Below, piece after piece: positions 29,107 to 38,283 of a stretch of 64,000 nt of DNA. The notes under the pieces were generated by a model. The model was not told the DNA's origin, did no database searches, and was given only the letters and a program-made list of their open reading frames with translations. A program made the position numbers and the translations under genes. The stretch's first letter is position 1, and every line of letters starts with the position of its first letter. The stretch is from an uncultured Actinomycetes bacterium (GTDB lineage: Bacteria; Actinomycetota; Thermoleophilia; RBG-16-64-13). The stretch is from positions 64,275 to 128,274 of the forward strand of contig CAWEJM010000018.1 in NCBI GenBank assembly GCA_963809395.1. The letters run 5' to 3'.

Positions 29107-32100
29107 CTATTGTGTCTTCCCGTAGACCCAGTTCGGAGCGTTGTCGGTGTTGGTTCCTGCGAAGTTCACGAAGAACGGCTGACCCGGGGTCGCACCCCAC
29201 GTGATGCTCACAGGCATGGCTACGACGGGCACAATGGCACTGTAGGTGGCGGTGCCTATACCGGCGTCTCGCCGGGTTCAAGTGACCCGTGGCGATCTTG
29301 CCGTCCCAAGCTGTGAATGTGGGCGAGTTCTTGAGGATCAGAGTACCTGTGTTGACAGCGGCCGCCACGTAGGTGTGCGAGCTGTCGTCAAGCGCCCAGT
29401 CAACAAGAACCTTGTTGGACGTGATCGTGCCGGTGCTGACCCGGAGTTGCTGAACCCCCCACGTTGTGTTTGCCTGAGCCCAAGTGAGCGTCACCTTACC
29501 GGTGGCGTCAGCATTGCTGGGCCACGTTGGCGGGTCAAGTGGCGTGCCCTCGAGCTTCAGCACGTTCAGCCAGGTGCCGAGGGGCAGATTCGGTACCGGG
29601 TTGCCGAACTGATCGAGGAACTGCACGGTTACGGTAGCTTGTTCTCCGGCCGACGCCGGCCCAACCGTGCCCGCGATCTTTACCTGCTTGTCAGGCGTCA
29701 GCTTGATGCTGGTAAGCACCGGCACGTACCCCCAGAGCACATGCACCTGGGTGGAATAGATGGGAGCGCCTTCCAACACGAGACCGTCGGCCGGGGCGTA
29801 GATCATGACGCGCAGGATCGACTCGATCCGCGGTTTGGCATTCGGACCCTCGATATTCTCGTCGGCCAACTGGATGTCGACCCTGCTACCAGTGAGCAGG
29901 TTGGAGGCGAGGCCCGGGGTCGGAGTGTAGAAACTGTCGAGCGTCCAGGCCTTGGCGCCGTCGGTGGCGAGACCGATGTCGTTCGGCGGATTATACTCGT
30001 TGCCTATGAGCCCGTCGAAGCCCCAGATATCCTTATCCAACGGGGAGATCGTCCCTAGCGCGGACTGGAGATCCAGGTAGTCGTTGTAGGACATGTTGTA
30101 GTCGCTGAAGTCACTGCCGAACGAACGGCCAAGCGGCCAGGAGGGGACACCCGGTTGACCAACGTCGGTTCTCGCCCAATAGGGCGCTTCGCCCGTCAGG
30201 CTTGACGAGCTGGAGCCCAGCCACTGGTTGAAGAAAAAGGACTCTGTGCCCCCGGGGCCGACGATGTAGGCGAACGGGTCGTCCGTCTGTCGGGGCTCGT
30301 TGGAGTCGGGCCGCGGCCCGTTCTGATCGTAAGCGCCGGTGGGATCGCCCTCCGGCAATAGGTCGGTCGGATCGCCATCGGTCAGGTAGGCCAGCGGGAC
30401 GTAGGTATCATCTGCGATAACCTGGCCTATGCTGTTGAGGAGGTAGACCACCTCGTAGTCGGCGAGGTCGTTGCCGAACAGGTCTTGCACGTGGACTTCC
30501 ACGTGAGTGGACCCAAGCTCGAGGCCGGTGTACGGGCTCACGAACACATCGTACGTGTGTGTGACGGGGTCTACGATGGCCCCGGCGTTGTCGGCGACCT
30601 TCCTTCCGTCCACCCACACTGAGAACTTAAGATCGCCGGGCGTGATGGTCTTGCCGGCCACCCAGGCCTTCTGGGCCCAAGCGTTCAAAACGCCGTGCGG
30701 GTTGCCTTGCCAGGTCAACGTGGCCTTGATGCGCTCCGGACCTTTCACGTTGGAGTTGATCGTCACCGAAGCTTCGCCGGCGGCATTCGTCAGGACCGAA
30801 GCGACGGGGGTAGTGATGCTGCCCACGCTGGGCATGGCGGGATAGGGATATACGGAGTCTACCTTGTCGAAGCTGACCGTCTTATCCTTTAGCGGCAGGT
30901 AGATACCGGTTCGGCCGCTGAACTCCTCAAGCACGCCGTCTCCGTTGACGTCGAACTTGGTGTAGCCCCCGACATAGCTGAGCGTGATCTGGCGACCTTG
31001 GACCCACACGGTGTCACAGTCCCAGCTCCTCAGGATCTTGCCGCCCGCGTCAACCAAGATGTCGGGCTGGTAGTCGGAGACATCGAGATTGGCGCTGTCC
31101 AGAGTGGTATGAACGTGCAGGTTTGTGGCGTTCACCAGCAAGATCCCGCCAAGATAGGCGGCGTCCTTGGCATCGAAGATACCGTCGTAGGCTGACCCGG
31201 CCATGTCACCGTCGATGTAGGGAGTCTGCTTGGTGGGATCGTTCGGCGTTGGATCCAGTTCCAGCTTCAGACCGTATGCGTGCAAGGTAAAGATGTGCGT
31301 AGCACCAACCACGTTGGAGGAAACCGCCTCGTTCACAGGCACCGCTTTAAGAATGTCATTGGGGTACCCATCGTCGGCGGGGGTGCTCACGCGATCGAAG
31401 ACCATCTGTTGCGTGGTCGTCGGATCATCGAAGGTCACCACGTTCGCGTCCAGCCACTGCACCTCGGCCGTGTACATCTGGTAGGTGCCTTCAGCGCCGC
31501 CCGTGCCCTTGTCGCGCACTTTTGCGTGCACGATCTGCTCGCCCGGCTCGTAGGACTTCACGAACACGGTGGCTTTGCCGGCAGAGTCGGTGACATCATA
31601 GTCTTTGCTTCCCTGGCCCTCCTGGTCGGAGACGTCGCGCGAGTCGTCGGTCTGGAAGAAGCCCACGCCTTGCATGGTCCATTCCACCTCGCGACCGGCG
31701 ACGGGGTTGCCCTTGGTGTCAACCAGAGTGATGACGAGAGTCCTCTCTTCACCGATGTTGGGGGCGACGTAGGCGGGAATGATCGGGTAGCTACGGGCGG
31801 CAAGGTGTGCGAGATCCAGGTCTTCAGCTGCTGGGCTACCGGGACATAGTGCCAGATCCTCGTCATCGGTACTGACGTCAACATAGCCCCATGCCGGCTG
31901 CGGATCCCAATCGTAGTCGTGATATGCGTCGCCCGCGATCGTGTCGTGGTCGACCAGCATCTTCGGATACGGGTTGCCGACGTAGGTGGCGATGGCCCGC
32001 GTGTAGGTCTTACCGGTCACGGTGGACTCGATCTTGATCTTGCTGTAGCCATTCGCGTCGGTCTTGCCGGTCGCGGTCTTGGCGGCGGTGATGGCCACCC

Positions 32101-33478
32101 CGTCGACGGCGGTGATGTTGCCTACGGACGTGTAGGCCTCATTGACCGTGCTGGTCCCTGGGTCGTCAAGGATGTTGTAGATGCTCCACTCCACACTGAT
32201 GCCGGCCATGGTACGTGGCTTGTAACTGCCGGGGGGAATGTCCATATCCCAATAGTCGCTATCGGCCGCAGTCCAGGTGGTGACATCGAGCTCGTAGTCG
32301 TAGCTCCAATAATCCCCGAAGTCGACACCGTCGTTCTGCTTCAAACTGGTGGGATCGAACGCAGCCGTGCTGATTGCGTTGTACCAGTCGGTCTGAGCGG
32401 TGGAGCGCGGGCCGGGGCCGAACACCACTACGCGAACGCCCCACTCGTGGGCGACGCCGACGTTGTTCTGAGCCGAAAGGGTACTCCCGACGGTGTAAAC
32501 CTCGTCGAGAGCCAGCCAGTATGCCGTCGCGTACGTGGCAGCCAAACCCTTTACCGCTGCGGACATGCGCTGCGTACCAGGCTCGGCCGAGATCAGCTTG
32601 ACCTTGACTTCGCCGAAGTTGTTCGTCATGGCTGCTTGCGGCGAGATGTTGCCCACGTAGAACGGGTCGGCGAAAATGGTATCGAAGTCGACCAGGACTC
32701 CGGCCGCCGGCTCACCGGCGGCGTCCGTGACCTTGAAGGTAACTTCGCGGAAGACGCCGATCAGATTCTCGCTCTTGTCGGCAGAGACCAGCTGGATCTT
32801 GGCCGGCGTGGAACCCGCCGTGGGGACTTTCCCTTGGGCGCGGATCAGGAAAGCCGCAGCCTGGATGCGGGTGAGCTTGGTCGCGGGAGCCATGTTGCCC
32901 TTGGCGTCGCCCTCGGTGATACCGAAGTCATACGCAAAGGCGACTTCGGCCTTGAGGTCCGAGCTGATGCTGGCTTTGTCACCGAAGTTGGCGAGAAGAG
33001 CGTCGATCTCAGCGGGCGTATACATCGTGGCCAGGTCGTAGCCGTTAGTCTTGGCGATGTATCGGGAGATGATGGCGACCGCTTGGACACGGGTGATATC
33101 GACGGTCGGTCCGAAGGTCGCCAACGTGATGCCGTTGACCAGACCTGCGGCTCTCGCGCCTTCGATCCACTGATAGTAGATGCTGGTCTTAGGTACGTCT
33201 CTGAAAGACGCGATGGTCCAATTCGCCAACTCCACGTCGAAGGCCGTCACGGCCATCTTCGTAAACTGGGCGCGGTTGATGACTTGGGACGGCTTCCAGA
33301 GGGTCCCGTAGCCGGCGGAGATCCCCTTTATCTGGCTGTCGGTGATACCGTACTTCGTGGTCACCGACTCGGGCAAGTCGCTCCAGGTTGGCGCCGCGAG
33401 AGCCACACCAGCGAAGCCAAGCACCAAGAAGGTGGTGAGGACGGACAGAACCACGACCTTAAGGGTGCGCTTCTGCAT
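29107..33478 (-). CDS. Giant SLH-anchored S-layer-type protein (module member A, about 1456 aa); one frame slip near 29270
   Basis: ATG 33478 (MQKRTLKVVVLSVLTTFLVLGFAGVALA signal peptide). Three N-terminal SLH motifs (KPSQVINRAQFTKMAV, FRDVPKTSIYYQWIEGARAAGLVNG, TRIQAAAFLIRA). There follow more than 1100 aa of beta-rich sequence in ORF 29000..33589. The true C-terminus, read by hand in the neighbouring frame, is GIGTATYSAIVPVVAMPVSITWGATPGQPFFVNFAGTNTDNAPNWVYGKTQ, stopping at 29107-29109. Confidence 0.85.
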
Positions 33479-33565
33479 TTGACAACCTTTCCTCATCGGT
33501 CTCACAGCCGCGCCCCCCAATGTCCGGGCGCGCCGCCACGGCGCAGCAACCCGCAACGCGAATCT

Positions 33566-33595
33566 ATCATAGCTTGCATGGGCTAACATTCGCCA
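33566..33595 (-). promoter_or_regulatory. Candidate promoter of gene A (-10 TATGAT, weak -35 TGGCGA, 18-nt spacer)
   Basis: The minus strand reads tggcga-atgttagcccatgcaagc-tatgat, about 88 nt upstream of the ATG. Pattern match only. Confidence 0.25.
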
Positions 33596-33730
33596 GGGGC
33601 GTCCCTGAATCCTTCGCTGTGAAGCCGAGATCCAAGATCGAGGGCGCCGAAGAAGCAGGGGACGGCGTCTGCTCAGCCCGGCGTTCTCGCGCGGACTCGA
33701 CGGCCGCTTGGCCGCGCACTAGTGGACCTA

Positions 33731-36196
33731 CTAGACCTGCGCGCCGACCCCCAGGGTGCTGCCGGCGGGCGTGACCGTCCCGGCCGGTGTCAGGGCACCC
33801 CTTACATCGAACGCGTCAACATTCACGTAGCCGTATATGGCCGAAGGGTTCTTCTGTCCACTGCACGTGATGGTGACTGTGTGGGGGCTGTTGGAGAGCG
33901 CCCCTGAACTCCAGACCGGCTGCTGATAGGCAGTCGCAGACCGGTAGAGGTCGACCAGGACCGCGGTACCTCCGTCGAGAGCCACCCAAACCTTGCCGTA
34001 CTGTCTGCCCGTCCGGGCGATGTAGGTCAGGCTCGTCCCGGTGAAGCTGACGGTGACCGAGGCTCCGGAAGAAGAGCTCTGTTTCACGGAATAGCCCGAG
34101 TCGCCGGTCCCGCTGGAATTGCTCCAGGAGCCGGAGTAGGCGAGGCGGGTGTCGGTCTGCTCGAAGCGGGTCAGGACCGGTGCGGGTGTCGTGGGCGTAG
34201 TAGTGGTCGTGGACGAGGTGGTCGTGCTGCTCGTCGTGGTGCTGCTCGACGTGGTGGTGGTAGTTGTAGTGGTGGTAGTCGTGCTGCTCGTCGTGGTGGT
34301 CGAGGCTGTGGTCGTTGTGGAGACAGCAGAAGCAGATTCGACCGTGCCCCTCACGTCGAAAGCGTCGAGATTCACGTAGCGGTATGTGGCAGATGGGTTC
34401 TTCAGTCCGCTGTTCGTGATAGTGACTGTGTGGGGGCCGTTAGCGAGCGTCCCTGAACTCCAGACCGGCTGCTGGTAAGTGGTCGCAGAACGGTAGAGAT
34501 CGACCAGGACCGCAGTACCTCCGTCGAGAGCCACCCAGGCCTTGCCGTACTGTCGGCCCATCCGAGCGATGTAGGTCAGGCTGGTGCCGTTGAAGCTGAC
34601 GGTGATCGATACTCCGGTGGAAGAGTTCTGTTTCACGGAGTAGCCCGAGTCGCCGGTCCCGCTGGAATTGCTCCAGCTCCCGGAGTAGGCGAGACGGGTA
34701 TCGGTCTGCTCGTAGCGGGTCAGGACCAGTCCCGGCGTGGTGGGCGTGGTGGTGGTCGGCTGCCCGGTCGCCGAGGCGGCCACCGCCAGGTCGGCCCGCA
34801 CCCGCCCGTACCCGTACGTCTGATCGTAGCCAGCGGTACCGAGATCGAGAGCCGTTTGCTCGAGGATGGTCGTGACCTGCGAAGGGGTCAGACTTGAGTT
34901 GACCGACCGCATGAGAGCGACGACCCCGGCCACCATGGGCGAGGAGAAGGAGGTGCCGTTCCAGTAACCAGGAACAGTCTCAGAAGAGGAGACATTCCAG
35001 GTGAGGATGCTCACACCCGGTGCCGACAGGACGAGGCCGGATCCTGTGGAGGAGAAGTAGGCGATGGCATCGTTCGAGTCCGTCGCGCCCACCGAGATGA
35101 CGCCGGAGTACGCGGCCGGGTAGGAGACACCCGCGCCCGGGCCACTGTTGCCAGCCGAAGCCACGACCACCACGTTGTGGGACAGGGCGTAATTGACCGC
35201 GGACTGCATGGCCGAACTGCCCCCGGGACCGCCGAAGCTGATGTTGACCACGTTGGCCCCATGATCGACCGCGTAGACGACGCCTGCAGCCAGGTCGTAG
35301 TCCCAGGCGCTCCCGTCAGTGGAGATCTTCACCGGCATGATGCCGACATTCCAGGCAGCTCCGGCCATGCCGCCACCGTTGTTTCCCTGAGAGGCCGCCA
35401 CCCCGGCGACCGCGGAGCCATGGCCGGCCGTGTCGTCCCAAGCGGGCCACACCGCCGAGCCGCTCAAGATGTCATAGGGCGAGACGATGCGGCCCGCGAA
35501 GTCGGCCACGTTCTGGTCCAGGCCGGTGTCGATGACTGCCACAGTCACCGCCACCGAGCCGGTAGTGGTGTTCCAGGCCGCCGGCAGACCGATCTTCGGC
35601 GGGGCCCACTGAGAACCGTAGTAGGGGTCGTTCGGCACCAGCGCCGCGTATACGGGTTGCGTCTTCTCGGCCCACAGGACATTCTGGTCCAGACGAAGAC
35701 TCGCAAGGGTGGAGTCCAGAGTGGCCGGATCCGCCACGTCGAGAACATGCACCCCCAGGGCACCGATGGCCGACCGCTGGCGCAACTTGAACCCCGAGAG
35801 GTCTCGACTCGACCCCGACGGGCTCACCACGGCGGAAACGTCCGGGCCGGCGGCGAAGCCCGCCGTGTCGGAAGCCGAAGACTGGTTCTGATCCTCAGGG
35901 AGAGCGGCGCCGTGGGAGGAAAGATGAGCTCCCGGGCGGAGCTTGATGGCGATGCGGGCCGGCCCTGAGGGCAGCATCGACGCACCACGAACGGGGACTT
36001 GCGTGAGGGATGCTTGACCGCCGGTAGGAGCAGACGTGGGCGACGCCGTCGCCTGACCGCCCGTCCATCCGGGCCCGAGGGTGCCAAGGAGCAACGCAAG
36101 CACAAGCAAGGCGCCTGTCAACAGTTTGGTCACGACGGGCCACGAACGCCTCGTATCAAGCCGATGGACCCAAGAGTCCTGGGATCTCCTAGACAT
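33731..36196 (-). CDS. Secreted subtilisin-family (S8) serine protease with two tandem C-terminal beta-sandwich domains; intact
   Basis: Catalytic triad contexts VAVIDTGLD, GHGSAVAGVAAS and GTSFSSPMVAGVVALM, plus the oxyanion motif SAGNSG. Signal/TM segment LLTGALLVLALLLGTLG. The start is ATG 36196 (ggaaggaag upstream), or further upstream to 36265 as in the ORF track. Confidence 0.85.
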   Translation of the reverse strand: MSRRSQDSWVHRLDTRRSWPVVTKLLTGALLVLALLLGTLGPGWTGGQATASPTSAPTGGQASLTQVPVRGASMLPSGPARIAIKLRPGAHLSSHGAALPEDQNQSSASDTAGFAAGPDVSAVVSPSGSSRDLSGFKLRQRSAIGALGVHVLDVADPATLDSTLASLRLDQNVLWAEKTQPVYAALVPNDPYYGSQWAPPKIGLPAAWNTTTGSVAVTVAVIDTGLDQNVADFAGRIVSPYDILSGSAVWPAWDDTAGHGSAVAGVAASQGNNGGGMAGAAWNVGIMPVKISTDGSAWDYDLAAGVVYAVDHGANVVNISFGGPGGSSAMQSAVNYALSHNVVVVASAGNSGPGAGVSYPAAYSGVISVGATDSNDAIAYFSSTGSGLVLSAPGVSILTWNVSSSETVPGYWNGTSFSSPMVAGVVALMRSVNSSLTPSQVTTILEQTALDLGTAGYDQTYGYGRVRADLAVAASATGQPTTTTPTTPGLVLTRYEQTDTRLAYSGSWSNSSGTGDSGYSVKQNSSTGVSITVSFNGTSLTYIARMGRQYGKAWVALDGGTAVLVDLYRSATTYQQPVWSSGTLANGPHTVTITNSGLKNPSATYRYVNLDAFDVRGTVESASAVSTTTTASTTTTSSTTTTTTTTTTTSSSTTTSSTTTSSTTTTTPTTPAPVLTRFEQTDTRLAYSGSWSNSSGTGDSGYSVKQSSSSGASVTVSFTGTSLTYIARTGRQYGKVWVALDGGTAVLVDLYRSATAYQQPVWSSGALSNSPHTVTITCSGQKNPSAIYGYVNVDAFDVRGALTPAGTVTPAGSTLGVGAQV
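33802..34185 (-). repeat. C-terminal copy of a 384-bp (128-aa) internal duplication in the S8 gene
   Basis: It is colinear with 34351..34734 at a constant offset of 549 bp. In a 36-nt sample there are 3 mismatches (gaggcgggtgtcggtctgctcgaagcgggtcaggac versus gagacgggtatcggtctgctcgtagcgggtcaggac). Confidence 0.85.
34351..34734 (-). repeat. N-terminal copy of the 384-bp internal duplication in the S8 gene
   Basis: Protein copies are LTRYEQTDTRLAYSGSWSNSSGTGDSGYSVKQNSS... and LTRFEQTDTRLAYSGSWSNSSGTGDSGYSVKQSSS..., separated by a Thr/Ser linker (34186-34350). Confidence 0.85.
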
Positions 36197-36318
36197 CACT
36201 CGACTTCCTTCCCTCGCATGCGTACAGTCTACCCCACGGGGGCACCATATCTGTTTCATCGGCATGATCCGGTGTGCGCTTGAGACCTTTTCCGACCTTC
36301 ACTCCCACGTAAGGATGA

Positions 36319-38106
36319 TCAGGGAGCAGCCACGAAAGTGGTCACCAACGGAGCGCTCTGGAGCTCGCCCGGGTCGGGAAGGCCGTTGTTGTTGAGGTCG
36401 AGGAAGGTGGTGAAGGTCACCTCCACCGCTCCAGGGGCGGTGAACGTGTGCTCCAGCCAACCGAGGCGATCCACCGAGCGGCCGAACAGATCCCACACCT
36501 GCGCTTGATCGGCTCCCCCAGCGCGTACTCGGCGATGAGCTTGTAGTCCACCTCGCCGATCGGCGCCGGGTACGTGACGTGCCGCACGGTACCACCCGCG
36601 TACACCGCGCGCCCATACAGATCGACCACCTTGAGCCGAATGTCGACCGCGTTGCCAAGGAGCCATCAGGGGCCCGGCGGTCCACAGATCGAGACCCACC
36701 CGGCTCTGCTCCTGGAGGATGGTCCACGCAGGCTCCTTGACATCCACCGTCACCGCCAGCGGTCCGAGGGTCGCCGCGTTACCGGCCTTGTCGGTGACGA
36801 TGGCCCGGAACACGTACCGGCCGTTGGCAAGGCCCCCGGAGGAGCACCCGTGGAGGGCCATGCCGCCGCATACGAGGACGTCCCCGGATCCGGCACGAGA
36901 TCGGTGGAGATGGACTGCCACACCGGCACGCTCTGGTCGACCGCATACTGGAACTCCACCTGCTTCACGCCCGAGCGGGCGTCGGCGGCAGTAACGGCGA
37001 AACCCGGCCGGGCCGTGTCGACCGTTGCGCCGGACTGCCCGGCGGGCGCGACCGGCGCCGTGATGGCGCCGGTGGGCGGCACCGTATCGACCAGGTAGGC
37101 GACCGGAGTGGAGACCGCCGACAAGCCCCCCGGCAGTCCTGATGTCCGCCGTAAATACGTGGCTGCCGTCGGCAAGGGCGGTCGCGAGCGGAGCGGAGAA
37201 GTCCCCGGCCGCGGCCACCACGACCTCGGCCACCTGGGTCTGCGCTCCGCCGAACGCGTCGTAAACGCGGACCGTCCCGGCAGCCGCGATGTGCCCGTTC
37301 ACTACCGGCGTCGCATCATTTCCGGGGCTCGCCGGTACAACCGCCAGGGCTGTGGGGGGAGCCGGCAGGGCCGGGACGAAGCTGCGAGCCTCCTCTGCCA
37401 CCCGCAGCACCAGAACCGCCGCCTGCGCCCGGCTGAGGGTCGCCGTCGGGTAGAGCCGACCCTCGGTGCCCTTTACGACGCCGTGAAACACCAAGTAGGC
37501 GGCTGCGGCCGCGTGGTCGGCGGCGAGGTCGCCGGCGTCGGAGAACGCGACAAGATACGCCGCACCCTCGGCGGCGTACCATCCCGCCAGAGACGCGTAG
37601 CCGGACCCGCCCCCGGAGCCTGAGATCGCCCCGGTGGCGGCCAGTTCCGCCCGGGAAAGATACCGGCCCAGGATGGAATCGGCCTGTTGCCTGGAGATGG
37701 TAGTGCTGGGGTCGAAAAACCTGCCCGTCGGCGTCGTCCGGCCTTCGATCAGACCGGCCGCACTCGCGCCTTCCGCGAACACGTAGAAGACGCTGCCCTT
37801 AGCCACATCCGCAAACGTGGAGACGCCCGGATCTGCACTGGACACGCCCAGCCCGCTCACCACCATCTTCGCGAACTGCGCCCGGGTGACCGGCGCTCCG
37901 GGTACGAAGGTACCATTCTCGAAGCCGCCGGCGACGGTACCCACCTGTGTGTCGGTGACCCCGTACTCGGCCACCCACCAGTCACCGGGAGCGTCCGTCC
38001 AGGGTGGCGCGGCAGCGGCCACGCCGGTGAGGGCCCCGAACACCACCACGGCCAGAACCAGAGCAAACGCCATCGTGGTGGAAACCGGTGTGATCTTCGA
38101 TCTCAT
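36319..38106 (-). CDS. SLH-anchored surface protein with Ig-like repeats (module member B, paralog of D); about 4 frame slips in the 3' third
   Basis: RBS ggagggagg precedes ATG 38106 (MRSKITPVSTTMAFALVLAVVVFGALTGVAAA). SLH motifs VTRAQFAKMVVSGL, FADVAKGSVFYVFAEGASAAGLIEG, TLSRAQAAVLVL. Ig-like regions follow. The C-terminal module ends FTTFLDLNNNGLPDPGELQSAPLVTTFVAAP (ORF 36319..38214). Confidence 0.75.
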   Translation of the reverse strand: MRSKITPVSTTMAFALVLAVVVFGALTGVAAAAPPWTDAPGDWWVAEYGVTDTQVGTVAGGFENGTFVPGAPVTRAQFAKMVVSGLGVSSADPGVSTFADVAKGSVFYVFAEGASAAGLIEGRTTPTGRFFDPSTTISRQQADSILGRYLSRAELAATGAISGSGGGSGYASLAGWYAAEGAAYLVAFSDAGDLAADHAAAAAYLVFHGVVKGTEGRLYPTATLSRAQAAVLVLRVAEEARSFVPALPAPPTALAVVPASPGNDATPVVNGHIAAAGTVRVYDAFGGAQTQVAEVVVAAAGDFSAPLATALADGSHVFTADIRTAGGLVGGLHSGRLPGRYGAAHRRHHGAGRARRAVRRNGRHGPAGFRRYCRRRPLGREAGGVPVCGRPERAGVAVHLHRSRAGSGDVLVCGGMALHGCSSGGLANGRYVFRAIVTDKAGNAATLGPLAVTVDVKEPAWTILQEQSRVGLDLWTAGPLMAPWQRGRHSAQGGRSVWARGVRGWYRAARHVPGADRRGGLQAHRRVRAGGADQAQVWDLFGRSVDRLGWLEHTFTAPGAVEVTFTTFLDLNNNGLPDPGELQSAPLVTTFVAAP

Positions 38107-38216
38107 CTCTCGCCTCCCTCCAGACAAGGCAGGCGCCGGACCGCCGGGCGGCCGAGGTGCTGAACTGCCATCGCGGGACACACCCAGTCTAGCATGGGGC
38201 ACAGGGGCCACCAATG

Positions 38217-38248
38217 AAAGGGGGCCCGCCTTGCGGCGGGCCCCCTTT
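38217..38248. terminator. Strong bidirectional rho-independent terminator between genes C and B
   Basis: aaa gggggcccgcc ttgc ggcgggccccc ttt forms a perfect 11-bp GC stem with a 4-nt loop and A/T runs on both sides. Confidence 0.75.
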
Positions 38249-38283
38249 CCCTACTTTCGCGGAGCTACTCCGAGATCAGCAGA

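Noticed and set aside
34186-34350. Periodic short repeats (ggtggt/gtcgtg runs here and at 24100-24340, 25730-25840 and 63600-63740) that could be mistaken for CRISPR or satellite arrays.
   Set aside because: They are in-frame Thr/Ser/Pro codon runs inside genes. There is no repeat-spacer organisation and no cas genes.
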